Both the position numbers and the translations under genes were made by a program. Source: a virus. Taken from it: a stretch of 64,000 nt of DNA. A model generated the notes under the pieces. That model searched no databases and had not been told where the DNA came from. It saw nothing but the letters and a program-made list of their open reading frames with translations. Location: positions 1 to 64,000 of IMG/VR virus record IMGVR_UViG_3300047491_001293; one strand, 5' to 3'. Positions 45,570-55,305 of this stretch are shown piece after piece (within the stretch, counting starts at the first letter, position 1; every line of letters starts with the position of its first letter).

Positions 45570-47853
45570 ACAATGTAGATCCAATGTTCTGACTGGTGGA
45601 CACGACTGGAATCAGCGTGGACACCTTGGCTGTGAACTGCTGCCCATCATCTGTGGATATCACGGCGGATTGTGCGCCACGGATCATTCTGAATGAAGCG
45701 ATCCTTCCACTTTTTCCATAGTTCAATCCACTGGAAACAAAAACCTTATCGCCAATCCCAAAGTTTCCACCGTCCAAACCTTGCTGCCTCTCACTTGGCT
45801 GGTTTGCAGCACTGGATGTATCCCTCTGAATGTATGTCACTGGCAGCTCAACAGCTCTTGACACACCTGGTCCTGATCTTGCGTTAAGGACCCTCAGCGA
45901 TGCATAAAGAATGTTGTTCTTTATTCTCATGCTGGTAATGACACCCTTCTTCTTGTTGCCAACAGAGAAATGCGAAACTATGAAGTGATCACCAGGCTTT
46001 AACCTCTCCCTATTGTGCGGGTGCGAAAGTATTGCATCAAGGTTTGCCGGGGTTTGAATCTTTATCTCCTCTTTTTCACCGTCATCCATATTTTCAATGT
46101 CGTCCCTCTTGGCTCTCCTATCTTCCTTCTTTTCCTTTCTCAAGAGATCGGCATCGATTTCGGCGTCTGAACTCAAAAACCTTGGCCACATCTTGACAGT
46201 CTCATCATCCCACTGGACCTTGACTCTCAAATCAAACACAATGTCGTCCAGTGAACCAACGCCTCTTGTGCGCAGCGAGAACGACAAAACCTTGCCCCTT
46301 TGCTTCAATTCCCTCCGCATTGGATCAATCGACCCAATCACGGTGTCGCCTTCCTTGTAGTCGATTCCTTCTGACCTCCTCTTCTCCTCAATCTTGCCCT
46401 TGTACCATTTGATGTGATCTCGGACAGAATCAACCTTGGTCAATAGCAACAAATCAACCTGATTGTCAGACTCCTCCTCAATGTCAAACTCGGCGCTGGT
46501 TGGGTTTTTTTGGAACTGCAGTTTGGCCATGACCTGATCTGATCTCTCGTTGATGATTGAAAACCCAAGAACCTTGAAGCACTTCAATGCATATGGGGCG
46601 AACTCACGCCTTATATAGTTGAAACGGGCAATGTCGCCAACCTTGATTCCACTTGGATTGTTGGCTCTGTCCGCAGCAAGCGCATTGGCACGAGCCGCCA
46701 TGCGTTCAGCCCTGTTGCGCCGTGCGACTTGCATTGACCTCTCAATGTCATCGTCAATGTCCTGCATCATATCCGTGCGTATTCTTGAGAGCAATCCAAA
46801 TGGGTTGCTCATGGAGTTTATCTTTTGGCTCAGCACCTCAAATGCCTTTGACTTGACGAAGCCGTCACTGTCTGCGTTGACATCGATGCTGCTGTACACT
46901 GTTTCGCCAGAGTCATTCTTGACTATGTCGCCATCCTTGTTCCTCTTGGGGATCAAGATAGTTTTTGGAACCTCTGGGAAACCTTGAGGTACAAAATTTT
47001 TGTCATACGCATCACGGTTGATCCAATTGCCAAAGATGCCAACAAACTTGTCGGGGAAAAGGTTCTTTATGCTCCATGTCTCATACACATTTTTTCTTGC
47101 CGAAACTGTCTGGCTCCTAAACTTATCAATCTGCTCTGGCGTCCTTTTTATCTTTGCTGCACGCACGGCCCCAGATATGTCGGTCTTTTCGACTGGCGTC
47201 CAAGACATGCTAACAGGTTTCAATGTCTTTATGTACTCACCAACGGCATGCATGACCCCGGCAAAGACACCTGGGCCGATTGGAACCTTTATGGTCTCCA
47301 CGGATCCATCACTCTTCTTTCGGTACATCTTCCTTGTGATCTTCATATCCGTGTATTCACCGCCACGGAAGAATGATATTGACACGACACGCCTTGGGTC
47401 GCCAGATATGTTGACTGAGTAACAGGTGGGATTGTGGCCTCGGTAGCTAAGGCACCGACATGGATTCTCATTTCTTTCACTACATCCATCACCAAGAACA
47501 TTGAACCTATATGTGTAACTGTTACTTGGCACGACCTCACCAGAGTCAATGTCTGATCTTTTTGGCAGTGGCTCCAGCCAGTGTCCATCGTAAAACTTTT
47601 TGTCAAACTCCAGATCGCCAACCTTGGCCATGACGACATCGCCAGAATCCCTGTATACCTCCGCATCGTCACCATCTATGGACTTTATCACCCCATGGAT
47701 CGTCTCGCCATCAGCCTTGGCAATGACATCATCGCCAACCGCAAAGCTGCCAGATTTTTCCTCATGAAGGAGGCGCATCTGGCAATCAATAACTTCGGCA
47801 AGAAAATCAAACTTTGACTCTTCGTTGGCGAGGAATTTCCTGAAATCACGCAT
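45568..47853 (-). CDS. 761-aa multidomain protein, capsid-targeting-like N-terminus (MRDFRKFLANEE), repeated KOW/SH3-like modules
   Basis: FAVGDDV, IKVGDIA, YKEGDTV, LKPGDHF, FGIGDKV...GKSGRI; TATATA-N4-ATG. Confidence 0.75.
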   Translation of the reverse strand: MRDFRKFLANEESKFDFLAEVIDCQMRLLHEEKSGSFAVGDDVIAKADGETIHGVIKSIDGDDAEVYRDSGDVVMAKVGDLEFDKKFYDGHWLEPLPKRSDIDSGEVVPSNSYTYRFNVLGDGCSERNENPCRCLSYRGHNPTCYSVNISGDPRRVVSISFFRGGEYTDMKITRKMYRKKSDGSVETIKVPIGPGVFAGVMHAVGEYIKTLKPVSMSWTPVEKTDISGAVRAAKIKRTPEQIDKFRSQTVSARKNVYETWSIKNLFPDKFVGIFGNWINRDAYDKNFVPQGFPEVPKTILIPKRNKDGDIVKNDSGETVYSSIDVNADSDGFVKSKAFEVLSQKINSMSNPFGLLSRIRTDMMQDIDDDIERSMQVARRNRAERMAARANALAADRANNPSGIKVGDIARFNYIRREFAPYALKCFKVLGFSIINERSDQVMAKLQFQKNPTSAEFDIEEESDNQVDLLLLTKVDSVRDHIKWYKGKIEEKRRSEGIDYKEGDTVIGSIDPMRRELKQRGKVLSFSLRTRGVGSLDDIVFDLRVKVQWDDETVKMWPRFLSSDAEIDADLLRKEKKEDRRAKRDDIENMDDGEKEEIKIQTPANLDAILSHPHNRERLKPGDHFIVSHFSVGNKKKGVITSMRIKNNILYASLRVLNARSGPGVSRAVELPVTYIQRDTSSAANQPSERQQGLDGGNFGIGDKVFVSSGLNYGKSGRIASFRMIRGAQSAVISTDDGQQFTAKVSTLIPVVSTSQNIGSTL

Positions 47854-47856
47854 GAA

Positions 47857-48063
47857 CTATATATTTTTTTTGCCAGAAGATTTGCGAATATATTTGCGAA
47901 GGAAGAAAAATGCCTGGTCAATTGTCATTCTCTCCTCATCTTTTCCAGACCTGTGCTCTGGCATGATTATGTAAAAGCCATCGGAGTCAACCGTGGCGAT
48001 GCCACGGCCAACTAGGAATGAGTCAACCACGCTTTTCCTCACACTGTCAATCATGCTTTCCAT
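47857..48063 (-). CDS. hypothetical protein
   Basis: MESMIDSV...; overlaps upstream gene stop. Confidence 0.5.
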   Translation of the reverse strand: MESMIDSVRKSVVDSFLVGRGIATVDSDGFYIIMPEHRSGKDEERMTIDQAFFFLRKYIRKSSGKKNI

Positions 48064-48286
48064 TGTTGCGCCCACTGAGATCAAATCTGTACTTGTCTGA
48101 GAACACGCTTGGCGCCATTTCCCCAGCATTCTCTATGTCCAATGGGGTCGGGAAATGGCGCAAGGCATCCGCAGCTCTCTTCCTGATCTCCCTTGGAACC
48201 CTTGGAGTGGCCTTGGTGTCAAGAAGCTCAATCAAGAATTGCCTTGCCTTCAATATGCTGTTTGTTCTCTCATGCGGAAGGGTCAT
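48047..48286 (-). CDS. BPSL0761-like protein
   Basis: MTLPHERT.SI..ARQFL.EL...TPRVP.EIR.RA..ALRHFP. Confidence 0.8.
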   Translation of the reverse strand: MTLPHERTNSILKARQFLIELLDTKATPRVPREIRKRAADALRHFPTPLDIENAGEMAPSVFSDKYRFDLSGRNNGKHD

Positions 48287-48289
48287 GCT

Positions 48290-48541
48290 TCACTCCCATA
48301 GCCTGTACTTGTTGTATATGAGTTCCTCGCAATCCATCACAGCGGTTCTTTTTGCGTACTTCACTGGTGTGTAGAATTGCATGCCAGACTCATCGGTGTA
48401 ATCTGGCTTTGTTTCACGCTCATGTATATAAAGTATGTCAATTATCTCAAGAGCAGTTCGCTTCCTAATGTGCGAAAGCTTGTAGAAATGGTATGATATA
48501 AGGCCAAAAACCAGGACACCAAGCGTCACGACCCTGATCAT
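48290..48541 (-). CDS. small membrane-anchored protein
   Basis: MIRVVTLGVLVFGL...; start uncertain. Confidence 0.5.
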   Translation of the reverse strand: MIRVVTLGVLVFGLISYHFYKLSHIRKRTALEIIDILYIHERETKPDYTDESGMQFYTPVKYAKRTAVMDCEELIYNKYRLWE

Positions 48542-48691
48542 GTTACCACCCATCATTCTTGCTGCGAAACCATGTGTTCTGCCTATCGGAGATCCGACGC
48601 AACAGTATGCAGGTTCCAATGAATGCAAAAAAAACAGCACAAGAAGCACCCAGCAAAAAGCCAATGATGAATTCCATGTCATCTCCTCAGA

Positions 48692-48991
48692 TCAAACAAC
48701 CAGACCTTCCATGATTCCATATATTGTTTTGCTATTTAGGAACTTGGGATTTATGTGGCTTGGAATTTTTATGCCACGGAAGAAATACTCCACCTTGCCA
48801 CCCTTTGTCAAATGCAAACCATGTTTGAGTCCGTGGCAATACCAAGTCGCCGTTGTGTCGGTCACAAGTGCTGGCTCTGTGTCGGAATGGAGACGGCCTT
48901 CTTCATCATAAATTTCACGATTCTGGCCAAATGGGTATTCTAGGAAGCATGGGGCTACTCTTTCCTTCCATGACTCAATAATTTCATCCAT
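48692..48991 (-). CDS. hypothetical protein with LH..GPA-like repeat
   Basis: EGRLHSDTEPA..WY.HG.KHG..YFFRGIKIP resembles N-half of 21996..22583; GAGGTG SD. Confidence 0.7.
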   Translation of the reverse strand: MDEIIESWKERVAPCFLEYPFGQNREIYDEEGRLHSDTEPALVTDTTATWYCHGLKHGLHLTKGGKVEYFFRGIKIPSHINPKFLNSKTIYGIMEGLVV

Positions 48992-49055
48992 GATTCACCT
49001 CACTTCACAAAAATTATACTACACAAAGTGAAAATATAAAGTACATGATGGCTCT

Positions 49056-49349
49056 CTAAGCGAAATTGACTTCACCAGACTTTACATTCGCTATCGTGGC
49101 TATCTCTTGAAGCTTGATTTCAAGTACTTGATTTGTTGTCTCAAGGCTGGAAACCTTTTCACGCAATTTTTTGGACTCATTTTGAGATTTTAACACTTGT
49201 TGCTGCAAGTTTCCATTGTCATTGGTCAAAAGATTGATTTCATTCTGCAAATCTAAAATTTGCTTCTCAAGTTTGAAAACCTTGTCTTCAAAATCCAATA
49301 TGACATTGTTTGCTGTGTTTTTTTCAAAAACCTTAAATATGTTGAACAT
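49056..49349 (-). CDS. coiled-coil protein
   Basis: Heptad pattern; AGGGGG SD. Confidence 0.65.
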   Translation of the reverse strand: MFNIFKVFEKNTANNVILDFEDKVFKLEKQILDLQNEINLLTNDNGNLQQQVLKSQNESKKLREKVSSLETTNQVLEIKLQEIATIANVKSGEVNFA

Positions 49350-49365
49350 ACAATCCCCCTTTTAA

Positions 49366-49530
49366 TTAAAGGAGTTTGTCGTCCAAATCTTCCACGATGT
49401 TTTCATCTGAGGCGAACCCATAAGGGCAGTTTTTACAGCCACCATGGCAACACCTTCCCCTGCGGAGGAGGAATTCACTCGTCAAAACCATGAGGCCATC
49501 CTCGTAATAAAAATCAATGCCCTCAACCAT
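49366..49530 (-). CDS. DUF5522-like Cys-rich protein
   Basis: DFYYEDGLMVLT..FLL.RG.CC..GCKNCPY. Confidence 0.85.
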   Translation of the reverse strand: MVEGIDFYYEDGLMVLTSEFLLRRGRCCHGGCKNCPYGFASDENIVEDLDDKLL

Positions 49531-49585
49531 ATTGATTTTCCCATGCGTCAAGAGTATCATGTCCCTAGAAAGAAGGGAGTCTGAC

Positions 49586-49870
49586 ATGTACATTTTTTCG
49601 GCAATTCTTTTCCTTGTTGGCCTATTGAGCGTCCCAATGGCTCTTGCATGCGTTTATGCCTCACATGGTCTCCTTGAGAGGAAAGATGGGAGTTTAAACT
49701 TCACACACATCACAGTGTGGCTCTGTACCACACCACTGCCAGCGATATGCTTCATTGGGATGGCAGAGTGCTTGCTGAACGGGTCTTTCTATGTTGGGTG
49801 CTTTGGGGCCATATTGGCTATAGTTGATGCGGCCATCATAGCGCCACTGTTGATAAGCAAAGAAATGTGA
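49586..49870 (+). CDS. small membrane protein
   Basis: Three hydrophobic segments; GGGAG SD. Confidence 0.65.
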   Translation: MYIFSAILFLVGLLSVPMALACVYASHGLLERKDGSLNFTHITVWLCTTPLPAICFIGMAECLLNGSFYVGCFGAILAIVDAAIIAPLLISKEM

Positions 49871-49897
49871 AACAGCGGGTAAAAACCCGCTGTTTCA
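49868..49897. terminator. terminator hairpin between convergent genes
   Basis: TGAAACAGCGGGT-AAAA-ACCCGCTGTTTCA perfect stem. Confidence 0.85.
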
Positions 49898-49921
49898 AAA
49901 AATAACTGGATAAAATTAAAA

Positions 49922-50362
49922 TTAGGGCTTTACGCCAGATGGATCAAAATCCGCACCAGGTGCTGGTTTGGCAGCCGTGGTCGGTATGGTTCCAGGCATC
50001 TGTTTGTTCTGGACTTGTGATGCTTGGCTTTCCAGTTCCTTGATAGTTTGATCAAGCCATCTGACCATTGGCATTGCTTTAACGCCACCGGCAACACCAG
50101 TGGTGGTTGAATCCTTCCAATTAGGATCTTTACTTATAGCATCCAAGGCCTTTTTCAATGCGTCAACGGCATTGTCATATTTCACCTTGGGGCCAGCCAC
50201 TTGGCTATAGGCAGCTTGGCTGCCCTGCTTAACACCTTGCCAAAGCTGCTTTGCGCCCTGCCAAAGGTTTTTGCCAAAGTCCATGAGTCCAGCCTCATCA
50301 ATGCCAATGCTTTCATACAACTTCGGATCACGATGTTCAAGATATTCACTAAATTTGTACAT
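49922..50362 (-). CDS. hypothetical protein with capsid-targeting-like N-terminus (MYKFSEYLE)
   Basis: DE-AGLMDFGKNLWQGAK amphipathic helix; GGAG SD. Confidence 0.75.
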   Translation of the reverse strand: MYKFSEYLEHRDPKLYESIGIDEAGLMDFGKNLWQGAKQLWQGVKQGSQAAYSQVAGPKVKYDNAVDALKKALDAISKDPNWKDSTTTGVAGGVKAMPMVRWLDQTIKELESQASQVQNKQMPGTIPTTAAKPAPGADFDPSGVKP

Positions 50363-50493
50363 GTTATTTCTCCAATTCTTGGAACTAAAGCTAGTTATGG
50401 TTCCTCACGCAAAAATAGTTTAATTTATAAAAAAATATCACTTGATTTTTGACCCAAAAAGAATTTTGATGAAGTGGCATATTTCATCAATCC

Positions 50494-51315
50494 ATGGAGG
50501 TCAATGTCATGAAAAGAGGATATGTGCGTGAAGATGGAATGGTGTACGCAAGGATGCTCGATGGTAAACCTCTCTGGCTCACAAGAGAGCAGTACGACAA
50601 GAGAGAGGTGGCCAGAAAGAAGTATGTCAAGGAATGTTTCGCCATGTACAAGAGGAGAAGGCAGTGCGTCAGGAAGATAGGCGAGTATGATCACAGGAGG
50701 AACCTCTATTTTGTTGGGGTGTCATCCTCTGGCAAAGAGGTTTGGAGGGGTCGTGCCTTTTACGAGAGATTTCTTGACAAGGTCAAGAGAAGCAAGTCAA
50801 GGTACAACCAGAGGTGCAAGGATCTGCCACCAACAGACCTTGTCATAGGTTCGCCACACCCAACAAAACCGGGCATTTTCGTTACAAACAAGGTTGGGAA
50901 CAAATGCTTCTTCGGCAACAAGGCAAAACTGCAGAAGCGCCTTGAGAGCATTAGGATGGCATACACAAAGAGGCACTACAAGGCCAAGAAGCGCCGTGCT
51001 CTGGCCCTTGAGGGAATAGTCAGAAAAAGGCGTGGTGAGACTCGATTAGAGGACAGCAAGATTTTCTTCGAGTATGACAGGATCGGCAAGGAGATATGGC
51101 TTGACCCAGTGGAATTCCACAGAAGAAGAAACAAGGACTGTGAGCGTCGAAGGCAATATCGTAAATTGCGGAAGCAGAAAACATGCCAGGAATCGAACTC
51201 CCAAGCATCATCACCCCTCCATTCAGTGGATTTGCTGTCTCCAAGCACAACGGGCAGCTCATGTTTGTCGAAGGAAGAAACTATGAGCAGCGCAACCAGT
51301 GCACAAGGCAGCTGA
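50494..51315 (+). CDS. basic repeat protein, probable nucleic-acid binding
   Basis: Repeats of G..RED...F...GK..W. Confidence 0.65.
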   Translation: MEVNVMKRGYVREDGMVYARMLDGKPLWLTREQYDKREVARKKYVKECFAMYKRRRQCVRKIGEYDHRRNLYFVGVSSSGKEVWRGRAFYERFLDKVKRSKSRYNQRCKDLPPTDLVIGSPHPTKPGIFVTNKVGNKCFFGNKAKLQKRLESIRMAYTKRHYKAKKRRALALEGIVRKRRGETRLEDSKIFFEYDRIGKEIWLDPVEFHRRRNKDCERRRQYRKLRKQKTCQESNSQASSPLHSVDLLSPSTTGSSCLSKEETMSSATSAQGS

Positions 51316-52037
51316 TCGCAGATGTAGTTTCCAAGTTCCAAGTGCCAGACTTCGGGTGGACAATAGTCAACACCGATGACATGGACCTCTACAAGACCTA
51401 CTTTGGCTACAGGGTCTTGTGCTTCTCGACATTCAATGGTGACTTCAGCCAGACCGTCCCGGACTTCACATATGGTGGGTGGCCAGAGGTTGGCATAGAC
51501 AGCTTTGAGGGAACCTGCGCCAGCATGGAGGCCGGTGGCATGGATCCATATGCAATGAACGCAATCGGCTGGCGTGGGGCTCTTACACATTACAACAGGC
51601 GCCTAATTGTCCAGATGCACGATGGAGCAAACATAGACGCCATCTGGATCGAGTGGGACACGACAAACCCAGAGAGGCTGGTGTGCAGGAACAACTTTGT
51701 CAGCCTCCCAGACCACCCAAGGCGCTGGAGGTTCCTCATCGATGTTGAGGCGCATGGTTGGAGTGGCAGGCTAAAGTTCTTTTTCTTTGCCAACAGGCCA
51801 GTGTTTATACAGGACAGGCCGTACAAAGAGTGGTACTTCCAGCACTTGAAGCCATGGGTGCACTATGTGCCAGTTGCAAGGGACATGTCAGACTTGCGTG
51901 CCAACATGGAAAGGGTCAGAGCAGACCATGCCCTTGAGATGTCACTACGCCGCAACGCCCTTGAGTTCGCCAAAACAAGACTGTCACGGGATGCTGCACA
52001 TGAGCGATGGGCAGAGGCCCTAAGGTCACTTGCTTAA
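51183..52037 (+). CDS. GT90 (CAP10/POGLUT-like) glycosyltransferase
   Basis: VPDF...GWPEVG, WRG, FLIDVE..GWSGRLK, LKPWVHYVPV..D.SDL. Confidence 0.85.
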   Translation: MPGIELPSIITPPFSGFAVSKHNGQLMFVEGRNYEQRNQCTRQLIADVVSKFQVPDFGWTIVNTDDMDLYKTYFGYRVLCFSTFNGDFSQTVPDFTYGGWPEVGIDSFEGTCASMEAGGMDPYAMNAIGWRGALTHYNRRLIVQMHDGANIDAIWIEWDTTNPERLVCRNNFVSLPDHPRRWRFLIDVEAHGWSGRLKFFFFANRPVFIQDRPYKEWYFQHLKPWVHYVPVARDMSDLRANMERVRADHALEMSLRRNALEFAKTRLSRDAAHERWAEALRSLA

Positions 52038-52210
52038 TTGAAATATTTAAACAATTTTTGCTAGAATAATATCAACTTCAAACTTAACGATCATTGTTTC
52101 ACATAAATTTGCCTTATGTTAAATTTGAGAAGTAAATTCAATTGTTGAAACCAAACCATTCAGAGATTGATTTTTAGCATCGTTCATATAAATAAAAAGA
52201 GGAGATAATC

Positions 52211-53854
52211 ATGTCAAATGGAATAACAAGTCAATCTGGACCAGCATATAAATCAGTTGTAGTTGAATACAAAGACGGGGCATCCAACATAACCGTAACT
52301 CCAGAAACACCCTTGCCAGTTACTGGGACTATTACAACTGGAGATTCTGGTTTACCAGAAGCAGATCCGCTTCCAGTATTTCAACCAGTTTCACAAGGAG
52401 CTTTTGGTGATCAAATAGTAGCAAATCTAAGTCAAGAAATTTCATTAATGTTTAATTATCATGTAGATTCAGATGTGTTAAGCACTTTAACACAGAGCAG
52501 TGCCAGTGTAACCACAGCTAATTCAAAAATGATTTTAGCAACTGGTGGTGTTATGGGGTCTTTAGCCGTTGTAAAAAGCAAAGATTATTTAAGATACAGA
52601 CCCGGATATGGTGGACTGGCTAGATTTACTTTGGGAGTAACAACAGGATACACTGGCACCGAACAAACTGCTGGAGTTGGAAATGAAGAGGATGGCTTTT
52701 TTTTCAGCTACAGAGATCATGATGAGTCTGGAAATCCAGATATGTGTATTGTAAGAAGATCTTTTGGTGCAAGAGAAATAAGATACCTTACGATAACAAA
52801 TGGATCAAGCTCCGCTGCCAACACAACAATTACTCTTAATAGTGTTGCTGTAACCGTTGCTGTAAGCAACAATTCTAATGCAGTAAATCAAACTGCAACC
52901 AATATAGCAAATAATTTTACCTCTACTGACTGGACAGCTTCAGCACATGGCAACATAGTTGTGTTTCGTGCTGTGCATGCTGGTGTAAAAAGTGGAACAT
53001 ATAGCTTTTCCGCTGGCACATCTGGAATTACCACAAGTCCATCTGGAGAACTCACTCAAAAAGTAGCTGGTGTCAACAAAAACGAAGAAGTCATTTCAAG
53101 TGCCAACTGGAATTATGATAAAGCTGATGGTACGGGAACTTTGCCAGATTTAGATTGGAGCAAAGGAAATGTGTACCAGATCAAATATCAGTGGTTGGGA
53201 TATGGTATGATTCAGTTTTATATTGAAGATCCAACTTTGGGAAGATTTATTAGAGTTCACGCTATAGAATATGCAAATACAAGCACCATTCCAACCGTGG
53301 GCAATCCCACATTTCCATTTTACTTTCACGCAAGTAATTCCAATTCAGTACAAAATATAAGCATGTTTACTTCATCATGTGGTGGTTTTGTGGAAGGAAA
53401 TACTGGCAGAAGCACTGGAGGAAATCAAAAAACATATACTGTATCAGATAGTTGTGGAGATTCTGGGACCCTAATAGCAACTCTGTTTAATCCAAATAAC
53501 TTTAAAAGTAAAAATTCCAGAGTTCAAGTGTCCATTTCTGATATTTCTGCTTCGGCTGCCTCGCCAGTAACATTTAGATTTTACAGAAATGCAGCTTTGA
53601 CTGGGACAGCAAGTTGGACTTCTATAGGAACCAACAGTTGCATGTATTATGACGAGGGATCTACAAGTTTTTCTGGTGGTGATTTAGCCTGTGCGATACG
53701 AGTAGAACATCAATCAAACAATAATTTAACTGCCAGAGACATTAGCGATGGCATTTTAACATTACATCCGGGTGACACATTAAGCATTGTCGCCACTTCA
53801 GATTCTGGCACCGTTAAAGTTGGATGTTCAATCAACTGGGTTGAATACTTATAA
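52211..53854 (+). CDS. putative virion structural protein (Ser/Thr/Gly-rich beta protein)
   Basis: 547 aa, YLRYRPG, YQWLG.G.I, terminal INWVE; AT-rich; TAAATA box and GAGGAG SD. Confidence 0.55.
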   Translation: MSNGITSQSGPAYKSVVVEYKDGASNITVTPETPLPVTGTITTGDSGLPEADPLPVFQPVSQGAFGDQIVANLSQEISLMFNYHVDSDVLSTLTQSSASVTTANSKMILATGGVMGSLAVVKSKDYLRYRPGYGGLARFTLGVTTGYTGTEQTAGVGNEEDGFFFSYRDHDESGNPDMCIVRRSFGAREIRYLTITNGSSSAANTTITLNSVAVTVAVSNNSNAVNQTATNIANNFTSTDWTASAHGNIVVFRAVHAGVKSGTYSFSAGTSGITTSPSGELTQKVAGVNKNEEVISSANWNYDKADGTGTLPDLDWSKGNVYQIKYQWLGYGMIQFYIEDPTLGRFIRVHAIEYANTSTIPTVGNPTFPFYFHASNSNSVQNISMFTSSCGGFVEGNTGRSTGGNQKTYTVSDSCGDSGTLIATLFNPNNFKSKNSRVQVSISDISASAASPVTFRFYRNAALTGTASWTSIGTNSCMYYDEGSTSFSGGDLACAIRVEHQSNNNLTARDISDGILTLHPGDTLSIVATSDSGTVKVGCSINWVEYL

Positions 53855-54631
53855 AAGTTTTATCGGCCTTGCGGGTATCTCGGCGACAATTCCACGCTTG
53901 TGCATCCTGAAATTTGGGTACATGAACTTGTAAGCGACCTCGACGCTGTCGCTGAACTGGTTTGTGGTGGCCTGTATGATTATATCGCCATCAACACCAA
54001 GAGTTCCACTAAGGTGCGACATTCCAGAGTCTATCCCAAAGAATGACTTACAAGAAAGAAGGAATTTTGCTTGCTCATAAAGTGTAGTGAAGTTAACTGG
54101 CATGTCGGGAAAGAAATTCCTGCTTCCAGGTCCGCCAATTGCATAGGTGTTGCCTCCACTGAACTTTTTTATGGCCCTCTCCATCTCTTGTAGTGTGAAC
54201 CTTGGCTTGTCATGCCTGGGTGAATGACCATTCAATTGGAAGCATTTGTGCCCCCTTTTTTCTGGCATTGGAATGCGTGGCCTTGGAAGCGAAAATGTTT
54301 CCAGCGGGTCTGGCCTGCATGATGAGTGCCCGAAATTTAGTGCGCACCAATAGGCAGTTCCAAGGCGGCCAAGGTTGAGCATCCTGCCAAATCTAAAGTC
54401 ATGCTTCAAACCATCGACCTTCGTTACTGGCTCTATGTAACCCTCATAGTCAAATATGCTCATTATCTGTCTGCCGATCTCTTGCCTTACGAAGTGTATC
54501 TTGGCCTTGAAGCCATCCCTCTTTGCGCAGTTGTAGACAATGTTGGTGAACACCTGGATGTCGCCATAGTGGACGGGCTCTATCTTGAACATTTCAACTC
54601 TGTCGCACTGCAAATCGATGTCTTGGTTCAT
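53849..54631 (-). CDS. GT9-like (heptosyltransferase-fold) protein
   Basis: H.GD near N-term; FFGIDSGMSHL...LGV. Confidence 0.65.
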   Translation of the reverse strand: MNQDIDLQCDRVEMFKIEPVHYGDIQVFTNIVYNCAKRDGFKAKIHFVRQEIGRQIMSIFDYEGYIEPVTKVDGLKHDFRFGRMLNLGRLGTAYWCALNFGHSSCRPDPLETFSLPRPRIPMPEKRGHKCFQLNGHSPRHDKPRFTLQEMERAIKKFSGGNTYAIGGPGSRNFFPDMPVNFTTLYEQAKFLLSCKSFFGIDSGMSHLSGTLGVDGDIIIQATTNQFSDSVEVAYKFMYPNFRMHKRGIVAEIPARPIKLL

Positions 54632-54652
54632 AGATATTCCGAAGGATTAAAA

Positions 54653-54964
54653 ATGAGCGCCCGTGAAAACACATTTTTTTGGCTTGTATTCACCATCGTA
54701 CTAAGTGTAAGCACAGTAGACCTGTATCTCCTGATCAGGTTCCAAAATGTCATAGCCGAGGAGGAGAAGAACATAGTCGGACTGTGGCTGATCCACCTAG
54801 ATAGTGGTTCAACCGCTCTATTTTCAGCCGTCAAGATGTTTGGGACATGCCTCAGCCTCATGCTCTTGAAGAAGATATTTCTGGCGCACCGAAGGATTGG
54901 CTATATTGTCGGGAGCCTCATGGCCACCTTCCAGATCTGCCTGATCATATACCTTCTGAGTTGA
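54653..54964 (+). CDS. membrane protein (DUF5658-like)
   Basis: D.YL......E.N..G..LI..F..VK; three TMs; start re-called. Confidence 0.6.
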   Translation: MSARENTFFWLVFTIVLSVSTVDLYLLIRFQNVIAEEEKNIVGLWLIHLDSGSTALFSAVKMFGTCLSLMLLKKIFLAHRRIGYIVGSLMATFQICLIIYLLS

Positions 54965-54966
54965 TG

Positions 54967-55290
54967 TCATTTTCCAGAAAACTTTATCATGCAAAAGCCG
55001 ACAAATATGACGGCCATGCCGGCGATCTGAAGTGCTGTCAGTCTAAAGCCAAATATGGCCATCGGCAGTATGTAGCCTATGAACATGATCATCATGTCCC
55101 AGTATGCGCTATTCAAGAGGACGGCCTCCTTGTCTGGGAGGCTTTTTGCAAGTGTGTACCAGAGAAGGCATGCGACTATGTTGCATGCAGTGCTTGCTGG
55201 TATGTAATAGTTCGATGACCTAGCCGTGTCAAGGAAGGTCAACATCATGATAACCAGATATAGCATGGCAGCCGTGATGTAGAAACTCAT
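54967..55290 (-). CDS. SMR/EamA-like four-TM protein
   Basis: FG.RLT..QIAGM..IFVG; TAGATA-N4-ATG. Confidence 0.6.
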   Translation of the reverse strand: MSFYITAAMLYLVIMMLTFLDTARSSNYYIPASTACNIVACLLWYTLAKSLPDKEAVLLNSAYWDMMIMFIGYILPMAIFGFRLTALQIAGMAVIFVGFCMIKFSGK

Positions 55291-55305
55291 GCCATATCTA
55301 TGGCA

